DNA of 64,000 bases from Piromyces finnis finn (Eukaryota; Fungi; Neocallimastigomycota): positions 72,113-136,112 of the forward strand of contig MCFH01000086.1 in the NCBI GenBank assembly GCA_002104945.1, in the 5' to 3' direction. Below, in pieces: positions 17,701-30,734 of this stretch. Every line of letters begins with the position of its first letter. The first letter of the stretch is position 1. The notes beneath the pieces are model-generated. The model was not told the origin of the DNA. It worked only from the letters and a program-made list of their open reading frames with translations, and searched no databases. The translations under genes were made by a program, and so were the position numbers.

Positions 17701-19614
17701 TTTATATTTATATTTATATTATTGTTATCAAAATTTTGATTACTTAAATGATGATAGTTGAAAATATTATTTTGCTTTGTGCTTTCAGGTTTCCCATTAA
17801 TATATTTATTATATTTATTTTTATTTTCTAAAGTTAGTATAATTTTTTCATCTTGCTTAACATTTACTTCATGGTTTTTAACACTTTTTGTAAATTCTTC
17901 ATATTTATTTTCTTTATTTTCATTATCATGTTCTTTATTATACATATCAATCAGCATTTTATTATGCAATTTCATGGAAAGATCTGCCAATATCTTACTA
18001 CTTTCGTTGATACTATTGATGATCGGAGTTAATAATTTTGATGGTCTTCCTGTCTTAAAAAACAAATGGTCTAATATTTTATCTAATGAAATTCGTTTTA
18101 CTGGATCCTTAATTTTAAAATTAATTTCATTTATTAATTAAATTATAATTTAAATTATCAATTTAATAAATAATTCATATATATTAAATAATAATTATAT
18201 AATATAAAATAGTAATCTCTTTAAAAATCTAGTTTAAGTATATTTTGTCTCGCTTACCTTTTGTAATAGTTTATCTATTAAATCTGCTGCGGTTACTGAT
18301 ATATAGCTCGGTATTTCATATGAAACATTAATAACTTTTTCTAAGGTTTTTGGGATTTCTTTACACTTTATTGTTTTTAATAATATATTAATATTGTTTT
18401 TAATATTATTTAAACTTATAATAAATAAATAATTTAACTATTAAATACTTCAAAAGGTGGTTTTCCAGTTAATAAAGTTACAAAAAGGCAACCTATTGAC
18501 CATATGTCTGTTGGTAAGCTATATGGTTGACGTTGTATAATTTCACTTTATATATTATATATAAATATACAATTAATAAACGTTTATTTTATAATAAGAA
18601 AATTTCTTTATATTTCAATTAAAAAAGTAATTGATATTTACGGTGCTATATAATTTGGTGTACCACATAATGTATATTGTTCACTATTTGATTCATTTAA
18701 TTGTGTTGCTAATCCAAAATCACCAATTTTCTTTCAAGTTTATTAATTTTTATTTATAATAAAGATTTATATATTAATGTTTATATTATTAATAATTAAT
18801 AATTAAATAAAATAATTTTATAATTAAATATATATTATCTAGAAAATTATATACCAATTTATAATTAGAAGTTAAAAATAAATTTGCTAATTTTAAATCC
18901 CTATGTAAAATTCCACGATGATGTAAATATTTAACACCTTCTACTAATTGTTCCATAACGCTTTTTACTTCCTCTTCAGGCAATTTTTTGCGTTTTTGTA
19001 AATATTTATACAATTCACCATTCTCACAATATTCCATTATTAAATATACATATTCTTCCGTTTCTGAAAAATTATATAATCGAAGTATTGAAGGATGATT
19101 TAAATGATATTGAATTTCAATTTCATTTCTAATTCTTTTAATCATTTTTATAGCACTTATTTTCTTAATATTAATCTAAAATAAATTTATTAAATAGTAA
19201 TTAATTACAAAAAAAAAATAATAAATAAAATGAAATTTACAATTTTTCACTTACTCTTTTAATTGCAACTACTTCACCAAAAGATTTTTCATTTAAACTG
19301 ACTGCTTTAAATACTTCACCAAAAGCACCTTTTCCTAACAAAGGGCCAAATTGATAATCCTTATTTTTTTTTAATTAATAAATCAATTTTTTTTATTTAA
19401 ATTTATATTTTTAATCAAATTAAAATGAAAGAATATTATATATTATAAAATAGTTAAATTTCTAAAAATTTATATATACCTTTATATCCTTTGAAAAGTG
19501 ATGTGCATTTTTTTCTCTAGCATTTGCTGATGAATTTGAATATTGATTATTCAATTTATTAATTATATTATTCTTCTGGATATATTCATTTTGGTTGTAT
19601 AAATTATATTGCAT
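14705..19614 (-). CDS. PLK4: Polo-like kinase 4 (kinase + cryptic polo box PB1-PB2 + PB3); multi-exon
   Basis: Kinase motifs [51 protein letters not shown]4-type polo boxes: TERLKPCK (PB1), [46 protein letters not shown] (PB2), [27 protein letters not shown] (PB3). Confidence 0.9.
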
Positions 19615-20688
19615 TTTTTTTTTTTTTTTTTTATTTTGCTTTTTTTTTTTTTTCTTTTTTTTTTAGTTTTAGTTTTTGTTTTTCTTTGTTTCTTTCTTTC
19701 TTTTATAGTTGTATATATCAATTGATTTATCTCTTTATTAATATTCCTTCTTAATTATTATTTTGAATTTTATTAGAATATAATGAAAGATTTTCATGTT
19801 AAATAACTTCAGTATAACATTATACGTTTTTTAGGAATTATATTATTAAATCTTTTTGAAATTCAGATTTTGAATATAATTAATAATTTTTGCTAGAAAT
19901 TTGAATTTTAAATAAAAAAAAATAAAAATAAAAAATAATTAATATTTTTTGATATAATTACCAATTATTAATTTTATTTATTTTATTTATTTATTATATC
20001 TCTATTAATATCTTTTCTTTAACTACCATATTTACATTTAAAAATTATACTATTACTATTAAATAATAATATAAATTTGATAATTAAAATACTTCAAAAT
20101 TATAATTTTTAAATCTCAAATAATTGTAAATTTTTTTTGTAAATTTTTTTTGAAAACTTTTTTTTATTATTTAAAAAAAATATGAAGAAACAATAAGTTA
20201 CACAAATTATTTATTTCAATTTACAAAAAAATAAATTTGAAATTTTAAAAAATATAATATTAAAACATTAATATAACTTTATATAAAAGAAAAATAAAAT
20301 TTTTGTCTTTTATCTTTTTTTTAAGGATTAATTACAATATTTTTTTTTTCAATTTTTACCATTCATATACTACCATGTATTTTATCTTTTTTTTTAACTT
20401 TAAAATTTTGTACATTTCTTTTTAGAATTTTATTATTTAAGCTATATGATTTTTATATTTAGTTTTAAATCTTCGAATTTGTAACAATCCTATAGTTAAT
20501 TAAAATTTAATTTAATGTATATATTAAATGAATTAAATAATGAAAATTCTATAATATTTAAAAAAACTTTAACACAAATGAATAAAAAACAAAGTATAAT
20601 ATATAATATACCCTAATAATTTTAATTGAAGTAAAAAGATCACTATTATACTAAAGAATAATATTATAATTTAACTTCAATAGGATTC

Positions 20689-20783
20689 GGCGCGTTTAAA
20701 CTGTACTGGTTTCTTAATATTTCTTCAGTATTAATGTGGTTGTCGTGTCACTATATTTTTGAGTATCATTACTGTTGGCCAAT
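20689..20783. promoter_or_regulatory. Candidate E2F/MCB-like GGCGCG site and CCAAT box about 1.1 kb upstream of PLK4
   Basis: GGCGCGTTTAAA at 20689-20700 and CCAAT at 20779-20783, inside a locally GC-richer island. Motif match only. Confidence 0.2.
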
Positions 20784-21367
20784 AGCATTAAGCATGGTTT
20801 TGGTTAGAAATTCCGCAAGCAACTATTAAAAATGAAAAAAATTTTCATTTAAGTGCATGAGCTTTAAAAGTTTCCTTGAATTATTATTGTTAAAACCTCA
20901 TTCATCATGAAAGAGTTTAGATTTTTTGTAAATACTAGAATAATTATTATTTATATTAATATTCACTGATTATTATAAGTATCATTAACTATTTAAAATA
21001 ATTTAAAACTATTATTATTATTATTATTAGCATTTATGCTTAATTTCAAAATTTTAAATTAAAATACAATTTATAAAATAAATTAAAAAATAAAAAAAAA
21101 ATGGATATAATAATAATAGAATAATTTACAACTTTAAAATTGCAATGTGAATTTATTGTTCTATATAAAATTTGTACTTTTTAAGTTGAATTTTATTATT
21201 GTTTCAATATTAGTTTTTTTTTTAAAGTTTAATTTCTTTTTTATTTTTTTTTACATATTTTGTTTTATTTTTATTTAAATTATATAAATTTACTATATAT
21301 TTGCTTCATAATAATGTTTTCTTAATTATTTTTATACAATATTTTTATGATGCTTTATTATATTTAG

Positions 21368-22931
21368 TTAGTAGAGACCACACCAGTTACCATCTTCAAC
21401 ACCCCATTTACCGTCATTATCGGTATAATAAATTTCATTAGTGTATTGACAACATGGGTAGCCAAGTTTTTGAGACCAGCATTCATTATATTTACATGTA
21501 TATTTAATACCACACCATTCATTATTTTCAACACCCCATTTTCCATCATTGTCAGTATATACAACTTCACAACCATTACAACATTTGTAACCAAGATTGA
21601 TACTAAAACAACTATTATTAGATGTTTGACTTGAGTTTGTAGTAGTGGTAGTTTTAACAGTTGTAGTAGTCTTAATAGTTGTTTTTGTTACTGGTTTTTC
21701 ATTTTTACAATGACTGTAATCAACAACACAAGATTGTTCATTTTCCCAACCCCAAAGAGAACCATCACCACCTGTAGCGCCAATTTCACAATATTCACAG
21801 TAAGGGAAACCGTTTGGTGCCATATCATCAAAATTAAATGTTGGAACATTCGTTAATGATGATGGGCCGTTAAGATGTGGCTTTAACCAGGTCATTTGCA
21901 TTGGGAACTTATCTCCTTTTGGTTCAAGTGAATACATATAAGATCCCCACCATGGACCAGCAGCCCACCATGCCCATCCAACAACATTTTCAGAATTTTG
22001 TTCTAAATAGGTAATAGCTTCTTCAACACAAGCCTTACATTCATTATTAATAGCAGCTCCTAACTCACCAATGAAGCCTTTTAAATTATTGGCTTTTAAC
22101 CATTCAACAAAGTCAACAAAAAGTTTGTTACAAGGTCTTTGTACACATTGTTCATGAGTACCTGAATAATCAGAATCGAAATATTGATGAACTTCAAAAA
22201 TAATATTTTTATCTTTAGAACTGAAATATCTAAGGGCAACTGCAGAATTAGCTTCCCCATAGAATGTTTGTTTCCAATTCCAAGCACCAGTATAGGCATT
22301 TCCCGGAACAAGAACATTGTTGTTAGCACCAGTAGCACGGATAGCGTCAACAGCATCACGAGCGGCCGCAAACCATTGGGCTGTTGGCATATCATGTGGT
22401 TCATTAACTAAACCAAACCAAACTTTTTCATTACTTTTGTATTTTTGAGCTAATCTTTTCCATAAATCTGAAAAAGCTGAGTTAGGAACCTGACTAGTAC
22501 CAATAACTGCATTTTTGTATCTTGCAAAATTATGAGGATTAAGAATTGCAACAGCTCCTGCTTTAGTAATGTAAGTAATAACTTCATCTAAACGTCCTAA
22601 TTCTGTAGCATCAAAATCAGCATTTAAACTTCTTTGTAAACGCTCCCATGCAAAACCTACACGAAAGACATTCATACCTTGATCAATTGTAGTTTGGATT
22701 GCTTTAATGTCAGGATAAATATAGTGCTTATTGTAAGTACCTGGATATTCTCCTTGACCAAATTCAGCACCAGATTCATTAACACCAGTCTATCATTATG
22801 ATTAAAATATATTAAAATTATATTATTTTATTTATTTATTTATCATATTATTTTTAAACTTACAAATTGGTTTTTAGAAAATACTAATCCAATAATGGAT
22901 AAAAAAATTGTAAAAATATTGTAGAATTTCA

Positions 22932-22932
<1 letters not shown>
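21368..22932 (-). CDS. Secreted GH5 endoglucanase (GH5_5-like) with one variant CBM10-like module and two canonical fungal dockerin (CBM10/NCDD) modules; cellulosomal enzyme; 2 exons
   Basis: Exon 22932-22864 encodes the signal peptide [19 protein letters not shown]. Exon 22789-21368 has [31 protein letters not shown], acid/base [19 protein letters not shown], nucleophile FIGELG and GWAWWAAG, then [15 protein letters not shown], a Thr-rich linker, [21 protein letters not shown] and [21 protein letters not shown]. Confidence 0.95.
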
Positions 22933-22962
<30 letters not shown>

Positions 22963-24460
22963 ATTTTTTATATTATTATGTACCAGACAATTTTTTAGTG
23001 AATTAAAAAATCAATTTCTAATTCTTTTTTTTTTATTATTAAATATAAAAAAATAAAATTATAATAATAAAGAAAAAAATTGTTTCTTTATATGCTTTTT
23101 AATTAGTATATTCTGAATATCAGAATATCAATATTAATTAAAATTATTCACACCACATGATTATAATAACAATATAACAATATATAACCTTAACAATAAA
23201 ACAATAACAATATAATTTCTTATTATATTATCTTAACGGAATTTTTTTTAGATTTTTAATATTATAAATATCCAATTGTCTCATGGAAAAAATGAAAAAT
23301 TACAATGTCTAATTATTTTTTCTCCTAAAAAGTATATAATAAAGTTTTTTTATTAAACCTAAAATATTATATATTATTAATTTTAATTAATTTGTCATCA
23401 TTTAAATGGAATATTATTTTCCATATTTTTTATATATTTAACTTTATAAAATTAAACTCAAATTATTATAATTTATACTCTTATTAAGTATTTAACAAAA
23501 TCTTTATTATTTTAACTAGAATTTTAAATAATTATTATACTTTGAAACATATGGAAAAAAACATACATTTAATTTTTTAATTAAGATATATGAATACGTA
23601 ATTTTCCTATTTTCCATTAGTATAATATATAAATAATTATTTTTAAAACTAAAATATTTACTATTTTATAAAAACTATATTAAAACTTTATCTATAATTC
23701 AATTATATTTTTAATATATAAATTGGCATAATTAAGAATAATTTTTTAATTTTTAAATATGAACATATATTTATTTTAATTGTTAACTTTTTAAGTTTAC
23801 AAATATTGAATATTATTTATAAAATAAAATATAATAATTTAACTAAATGTATAAAACTTATTAATATAAATATATCTATACATAATAATACATAATAATA
23901 TATGAAGTATCAAATTATATTTTTAAATTGTATATATTATAATTAAGAAACAAATATATTTATTCAATAATTATATAAACTTTGATATAGCAAGTTCAAT
24001 TATCTGACTATTATTTATATTATATGTTTTCTTTTCTTTTTTTTTTTTAAGTATATAAAAATAAAGTTAATTAAATTAGTAGATTGTATCCTGATGGGAA
24101 ATAAATTTATAAAAGTAATAATTTAAAAATGTATTTAATTATGATAATAATTATTATATAATAAAAAATTAAGATGAATATAAATTAATAAAAATTATGA
24201 AATTATTTGATAATAACATTAATAAATGCAAAGAGGGAAAAAAAATTGATTAAACTATGGATTACTTAATTATTATATATACTTATTATAAATTTATAGT
24301 ATATATTTCTCATAATTTTTATATATTGTTTTTTATATTAGAAAAGTTGATTTTTATTTTTTAAATTACAATAAATAAATTATTAATTATAAAGGATTAT
24401 TTTCGATATAATAAAACAGAAATTTTTTTATATAGAAAAATAATATTTTTTTTTTCAAAA

Positions 24461-26164
24461 ATGTTACATTATAAAAATAATTATCAAATAAATTTATTTA
24501 GGATTCTATTCCTTATTTTAATATATAATGAATATCTTATAAACGGTTTACAAAATAATGAAAGTGATATTGAAGAAGATATTAGTGATTTACAAAGTAA
24601 TAACGAAAGTACAATAATTAATAATAATAATATTAACAGTAGTACTTTCCACAATGATGAAAAGGAAGAAATTAAAAATATAATTATAGAAGGTAGTGAT
24701 GATGAACTTCCAATTAGCAATACATTAATAGAAAATAGTGATGATGAACTTCCAATTAGCAATACATTAATAGAAAATAGTGATGATGAACTTCCAATTA
24801 GCAATACATTAATAGAAAATAGTGATGCTGATTCAGTAGATGTTAATATGGCACCAATGGAAAGTGATTATATCGAAGATGAGAAGAATAGTCCAAATTC
24901 AATATTATATATTACACCACCAAATGATATTGAAAATCAAGGAGATAATTATTTTGATAATTCCAATAAGAATACCATTAATGATGAGTATGGTAATAAT
25001 AAAATTGATGAACAACAAGATAATAAAGAAGATAATGAAATCGGAAGTAAACTTAACTCTACTAATCACAATGGATATAATATTATTGAAGAAAATGAAA
25101 ATTCTTATAATGTTGACGATAAAAAAATAGAAGATGATAATACTGATAATAAAAGTATTGATGGTGATGAAAATCCATTTAATTATATTGGTAATAATAA
25201 TACTGATGATGACAATGTAAATTATTACGATGCTGACGCTAATAAAAAGAATAATAATTATAATCAACAGCAAAGCGATGATGAAGATGAATTAAATAAT
25301 AATTATATTGAGAATGATGACAATGATGGTAATAGCAACATAATTGATGAAAATGATAGTAATAAAAACGATAATGATAAAGGAAATAATAATAATTATA
25401 ACAATAATAATGAATATTATAAGCATTCCAATGAAAGTAGTGATGAGGACAATAATGAAAATTCGAATGAAAGTAGTGATGAGGACAATAATGAAAATTC
25501 GAATGAAAGTAGTGATGAGGACAATGATGAAAATTCGAATGAAAGTAGTGATGAAGACAATGATGAAAATTCGAATGAAAGTAGTGATGAGGACAATATT
25601 GAAAAATCAAATAAAGAAAATAATGATATTAACAAAAATGATAAAAATAAAAATGATAAAAATAAAAATGATAAAAATAAAAATGATAAAAATAAAAATG
25701 ACGATAATAAAAATACTGATAATGATGAAAGTCAAGATGAAAATAGTAATAATAGTGGAGATGATGGTGATGATGAAAGTCAAGATGAAAATAGTAATGA
25801 TAGTGGAGATGATGGTGATGATGAAAGTCAAGATGGAAGTATTAATGATGATGAAAATCAAAACAATAATAAAACCTTAAATACCAATAATGATAGTGAT
25901 CATAATAATGATAATGATAATAATAATAGCAATGGAAATGAATATAGTATTTCTAGAAACAATAAAGAAGGTAATAATACTAATGTTGGTTTTAACAGTG
26001 AAGATGAATTAGATGATTCTAACGTTACTGAATCTAATAATAATGCATCAGATGAAGAAGTTTCAGAATCTGAGATGGAAATTAAAAAAGAAACAAATAA
26101 AAGTGATAAAATAAATGAAATAAGAAAAAGATATAAAAATGAGAAAATTAAAAATGATTATTAA
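24461..26164 (+). CDS. Uncharacterised, probably secreted, Asn/Asp/Glu/Ser-rich low-complexity protein with several tandem-repeat blocks (567 aa)
   Basis: A 1.7-kb stop-free frame in AT-rich DNA; N-terminal hydrophobic stretch LFRILFLILIY; all internal repeats have in-frame unit lengths (42, 36, 15, 48 bp). No family recognised. Confidence 0.7.
   Translation: MLHYKNNYQINLFRILFLILIYNEYLINGLQNNESDIEEDISDLQSNNESTIINNNNINSSTFHNDEKEEIKNIIIEGSDDELPISNTLIENSDDELPISNTLIENSDDELPISNTLIENSDADSVDVNMAPMESDYIEDEKNSPNSILYITPPNDIENQGDNYFDNSNKNTINDEYGNNKIDEQQDNKEDNEIGSKLNSTNHNGYNIIEENENSYNVDDKKIEDDNTDNKSIDGDENPFNYIGNNNTDDDNVNYYDADANKKNNNYNQQQSDDEDELNNNYIENDDNDGNSNIIDENDSNKNDNDKGNNNNYNNNNEYYKHSNESSDEDNNENSNESSDEDNNENSNESSDEDNDENSNESSDEDNDENSNESSDEDNIEKSNKENNDINKNDKNKNDKNKNDKNKNDKNKNDDNKNTDNDESQDENSNNSGDDGDDESQDENSNDSGDDGDDESQDGSINDDENQNNNKTLNTNNDSDHNNDNDNNNSNGNEYSISRNNKEGNNTNVGFNSEDELDDSNVTESNNNASDEEVSESEMEIKKETNKSDKINEIRKRYKNEKIKNDY
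24695..24820 (+). repeat. 3 x 42-bp coding tandem repeat (SDDELPISNTLIEN)
   Basis: AGTGATGATGAACTTCCAATTAGCAATACATTAATAGAAAAT repeated three times. Confidence 0.95.
25430..25609 (+). repeat. 5 x 36-bp coding tandem repeat (NESSDEDN[N/D]ENS)
   Basis: The unit AATGAAAGTAGTGATGAGGACAATAATGAAAATTCG recurs at a 36-bp period; the last copy is degenerate. Confidence 0.95.
25634..25834 (+). repeat. 4 x 15-bp (KNDKN) repeat followed by about 2.4 x 48-bp (DDESQDENSNNSGDDG) coding repeats
   Basis: AAAAATGATAAAAAT x4 from 25634; 48-bp units start at 25721, 25769 and 25817 (partial). Confidence 0.9.
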
Positions 26165-28793
26165 ATATAACGAATATTAGATATTAGATATTTTAAAATA
26201 AATTGTATAATATGTAAAATCATAAAAATAATATTGTAAAAGTTTTTTTTTTTATTTTTTTTTTTCAATATCTAATTTCCATAATATAATAATATAATAT
26301 AAGATAACTTGATTTTATAATTGGTAAATAAAATTAACAATTATATAAAAAAAATTATTTCAAATTCATAGCGTGCTTTAATATTATTATAATTTATATT
26401 ACAGATAGAATAACATTAATATTCAAATATAAAAGGTAAGATTTTTTAATATTTAATAAAAGATTTATATAAATTGATGGCCTCTTTATTGAAGTGTTAA
26501 AATGCAAAATTAAAATTTTAATAACCAAATATTTATAACCAAACTCTAACTTTTAATACAAAGAATATTTTTACATGTTATACAAATTAATATATTATTT
26601 GTTCACTAAAATTTATATATAAATTATAAATTATATTTAAATAAATAATTTATATATTGATTTAAAATGTAATAATATAATAAGATAATTAATTATAGAA
26701 GATATAATAATTAATATATTCAATGAAATAAAATAAAAGAAAATCCTTCGTTTTCTTATTTTCTTTCCATATATATATATATATATATATTTTAAAATAG
26801 AACTTAAATTCAAAAAAATAAATAAATAAAATTTTAAAAAGAAAGGATTACAATCTTCTTAAATAAATGTATTTTCAATTTTAAGAGTTACATTTAAATT
26901 AAAAAAAAAAAAAAAAAAAACACTTTTTATATTATTATGATATTTTTAGACCGCCACATTTTTATTAGTAGTAAAACAATAAAGTTTTAAAAAAAAAATC
27001 ATATGCTAAATATTTTTAAATAAAACGAAAAAAACTAATAATAAATTTATTCATTTATATTCACTTATATTTGAATATATCTATGTTAAATTATTTACTA
27101 TATATTTAATCTAATATAACACAAAATAATATATTATGAATTACAAAAAAAAAAAAAAATACTCCTTTTTTTTAAAAAAAAAAAAAAAGGCTATTTAATG
27201 ATTACTTCATATAATTATAATACTTAAAATAATAATAATTTGAATAATTTATAGTATCGATCAATTATAAATATTAATATATATTATATATTAATTATTT
27301 TATCTTTATTTTGTCGGCTTTTTCAATATAAAAAAACTTGTTTTATTAAAAAAATAGAAAAGTATTAATTTTATTTTAAAGAAAAAATGAATAAGTATTT
27401 TTATAATATATTTCTCTTATAAAATAACAAATATTATTAAAATATACTTTTTTAATATTCTGATATTAATTATAAAAAAAAAAAAAGAAATTGTATTACT
27501 ATTTTTAGGAATTGTAATTTATTTATCAATAAAATAAAAAAAAAAATTTTTTCAATATTATTCGAATATTAATAAATTTTAAAAATCATATGAAAATATA
27601 TAAAATAATTATTCTTTTTGAATAATATATTATAATATATTTAATAATATGTATAGAATAAAGTCTTCAATGATTTAAAGTATTTGGATAAAAAAAAATA
27701 TTATATTAAAATCTAATAGAATTTCCATTATTATTACTCTAAAAATAATTACACAATAGTAAACATATAATACTTTATATTACACTAGATATTAAAAATT
27801 TTCAATTACATTAATGTAATAGTATTCAGAATATTTTTTATTATATGTCACCATTTCAACCTTAAAATAAATATAATTAAAATTACAATACATATATTAA
27901 TATAATATAAATAATCAAAAAATATGTTTTTAGGTAAATATAATTTTTATGGGATAAAACAATATATAAACTTTCAATAATATAAATGTATTTTAATGTA
28001 TTATATTAAAAAATATATATATATTAATCCCCTTATTAAAAATATTATAATAGCCCTTTAAATTTTATAAAACCTCTTGATTATTAGACTATAAAGTATT
28101 TTCTTAAGTTTTGTTAGATCTGGAGTTTAATATAATTATATAGTTGTTTATTTATTTACTTAACTTATCTCTACTATCCTTTTTTAATATAAATTAAATA
28201 TATATTATATATTTAATTTTATTCATAAATGAATGTATCAAGTATTTATATCTATTATATTAGGATTTATAAAGTTAATATATTTTAATTGAGTGATATT
28301 GTAATAAGAAGTATATATTAGTTTATAAGTATAATATATTGTTATATATTGTTTAAAGTAAAGTAATAAAAAATTAATAAACATTCTAAAAAAATAAATA
28401 AACTTTATAATATATACTTTCATAAATCTTATAAATATAAAATAAATGTTTCTTTCCTTACGTCTTTTTACATTTATAATATAAAAAAAACTAAGTTGGA
28501 ATTAGAAGAGGAAATAATTAAAATAATAATTGAAAAAATAATTTATTGAAAATAAACCCAAAAACTACTTGTAAGTTGAAATATAAAATTGAAATAATAA
28601 AATCAATAAATATATATGGATAAAAAATTTAAATTCATTTTGATATAATTAAATTTATAAAAAAATAAAGCATTTAAAAACAAATATTAATAAATTATAT
28701 AATATAATAAATGTATTATGTATAGATAATTTAAATAAATAAATTTAATAATTACTAAAAAAAAATAATAAAATAAAATAAAACCAAATAAAC

Positions 28794-29648
28794 ATGGGAT
28801 TATTAACACCAATTTTCAATAACATCTTCATTAAATTAACCGGTCAAGACCCACATGATTTTCGCTTTAAGCAAGGAAATGTACCATTATCACAACTCCA
28901 TGAAGTTGTGTTTGGTTTTGCTTTATATCTTACTGTCGTTTTTTCAATTCAACATATTATGAAAAAGCATAATCCAATTAGATTGAAATGGATGAATTTC
29001 TTACATAATTGTATTCTTTGTGTTGGCTCAGCAATTCTTGTAACATTATTCATGGAAATTATAATTCCAATGATTTACAATCATGGTTTCTATTACTCAA
29101 TTTGCAATCCAGCTTCTCGTGACCCAGCTTCTGGTATTGAAATACTTTATTATCTTAATTATTTATTCAAATGGTATGAATTCATGGATACTGTATACCT
29201 TGCTTTAAAGAAAAAGAAGTTACAATTCTTACATGTTTATCACCATGCTTTCACCATGATCCTTTGTTATGTTGAATTAGATGGTGGAGCTGCTTCTTCA
29301 TGGTTTGTTATTTGTCTTAATATCTTCATTCACGTCATTATGTACTATTATTATGCTCGTACTAGTATTATTAAGAAGCCAGTATGGTGGAAAAAACATT
29401 TAACTACTTTCCAAATTACACAATTTGTACTTGATTTAATAGTAATTAACTTTGCTTCTTACAACTATTTTGTTAACAAATACAATGTTAACTTACCAGT
29501 TTATGGTCAATGTTATTCAAAGAACGATAGAACTGCACTTGTTTCATGGTTCCTTATTTCTTCATATCTTGTTCTTTTTGTTGACTTTTTCATTAAAACT
29601 TACAAGGTTAAGAGTAAAAAACAAGTTTCTGCCAAAAAGTCCAACTGA
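28794..29648 (+). CDS. ELO: Fatty-acid elongase, GNS1/SUR4 (ELO) family, intronless
   Basis: YLNYLFKWYEFMDTVYLALKKKKLQFLHVYHH (HxxHH box), NIFIHVIMYYYY, TTFQITQF; multiple TM segments; basic C-terminal tail ending KKSN. Confidence 0.95.
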   Translation: MGLLTPIFNNIFIKLTGQDPHDFRFKQGNVPLSQLHEVVFGFALYLTVVFSIQHIMKKHNPIRLKWMNFLHNCILCVGSAILVTLFMEIIIPMIYNHGFYYSICNPASRDPASGIEILYYLNYLFKWYEFMDTVYLALKKKKLQFLHVYHHAFTMILCYVELDGGAASSWFVICLNIFIHVIMYYYYARTSIIKKPVWWKKHLTTFQITQFVLDLIVINFASYNYFVNKYNVNLPVYGQCYSKNDRTALVSWFLISSYLVLFVDFFIKTYKVKSKKQVSAKKSN

Positions 29649-30734
29649 AGCAAAAAGCAAAAGCAAAAAAAAAAAAAAATAAGTAATAGAAATGAATAAT
29701 CGCAAATAATTACATTTATTAATAAATAAACTATTTAAATTTTAATTATTATTTAAAAAATCACCATAATAACATTAAATAAAAATTAGGAAAATATAAT
29801 ATCGTATTATAGAAAAATAAAAAAAGTATTTAAAAAAAAAATAGATAATCATAAAATTAATATAGTTTTTCTCTAAAAAATAAAAAAAAATTAATATAGA
29901 AAAAACATAAAAAATAATATTAACAAAAAAAAAAAAAAAAGATAAATTATATTAAAATTAAGAGAATATTTAATTTACATTTTGCCTTACTACATAGTTT
30001 TATTAAATATTTGTGTTTATTTAAATAATAAAATAAAAATAAAAATATAAAAATATAAATAAAAGTTTACATATAAAGAGTAGATTTATTGAAATATATA
30101 TTGCTTTAAAAAAAAAAAGAAAGAAAGAAAATATTAACATAATGAATGTGAATACAATAAAGGCTTGCTAATGTATATAGGAAGGAAAAGTGAACTTAAT
30201 ATATCACAATAAATATTACTTCTTAATAAAAAAAAATACTATGTATTTTTATTTTTATAGTGTTTTATTATTTTATAAATTTTATATATCGTTAATATTA
30301 ATGTATTTATCATTATATTTCTTTGTATTATATGAAGGAAAAAAAAAAAAAAAGAAGGAAAATATGAATAAAATCATTGCATTAGTAATATTAGTTTTTA
30401 AATTATTTGGCTATAGTTTATTAATGACTTTTAATTAATCTTTAAAATTATATTTGAAATTTTATTAAATTATATAGATTTTTTTTTTAAATATATACAT
30501 TTTTTTAATAAGAAATAATATTTAATAGAAATTTAAATATTTATAATTGACCATTAAAACTAGAGACGTATTACAGTTATTAATAGGGTATATAATAATA
30601 TTTTGAATAATAGATTTTTTCATAATAAATTATAATGTAATATGATTATTTATGTGGTTTGATATTATTAAAAATTATATTGATATAAAATTAATGAAAA
30701 ATAAACTCTTTCTATAGTATAAATTATCAAAAAA

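Noticed and set aside
24484-25880. Overlapping ORFs (such as the MMKM-rich 178-aa frame) and CRISPR-like regular repeats
   Set aside because: The repeats are contiguous, in-frame coding units without spacers; the extra ORFs are shadows. No cas genes, and the DNA is eukaryotic.
30190-30438. 82-aa hydrophobic ORF after the ELO gene
   Set aside because: Derived from poly-A/T intergenic sequence with a GTG start and no recognisable features.
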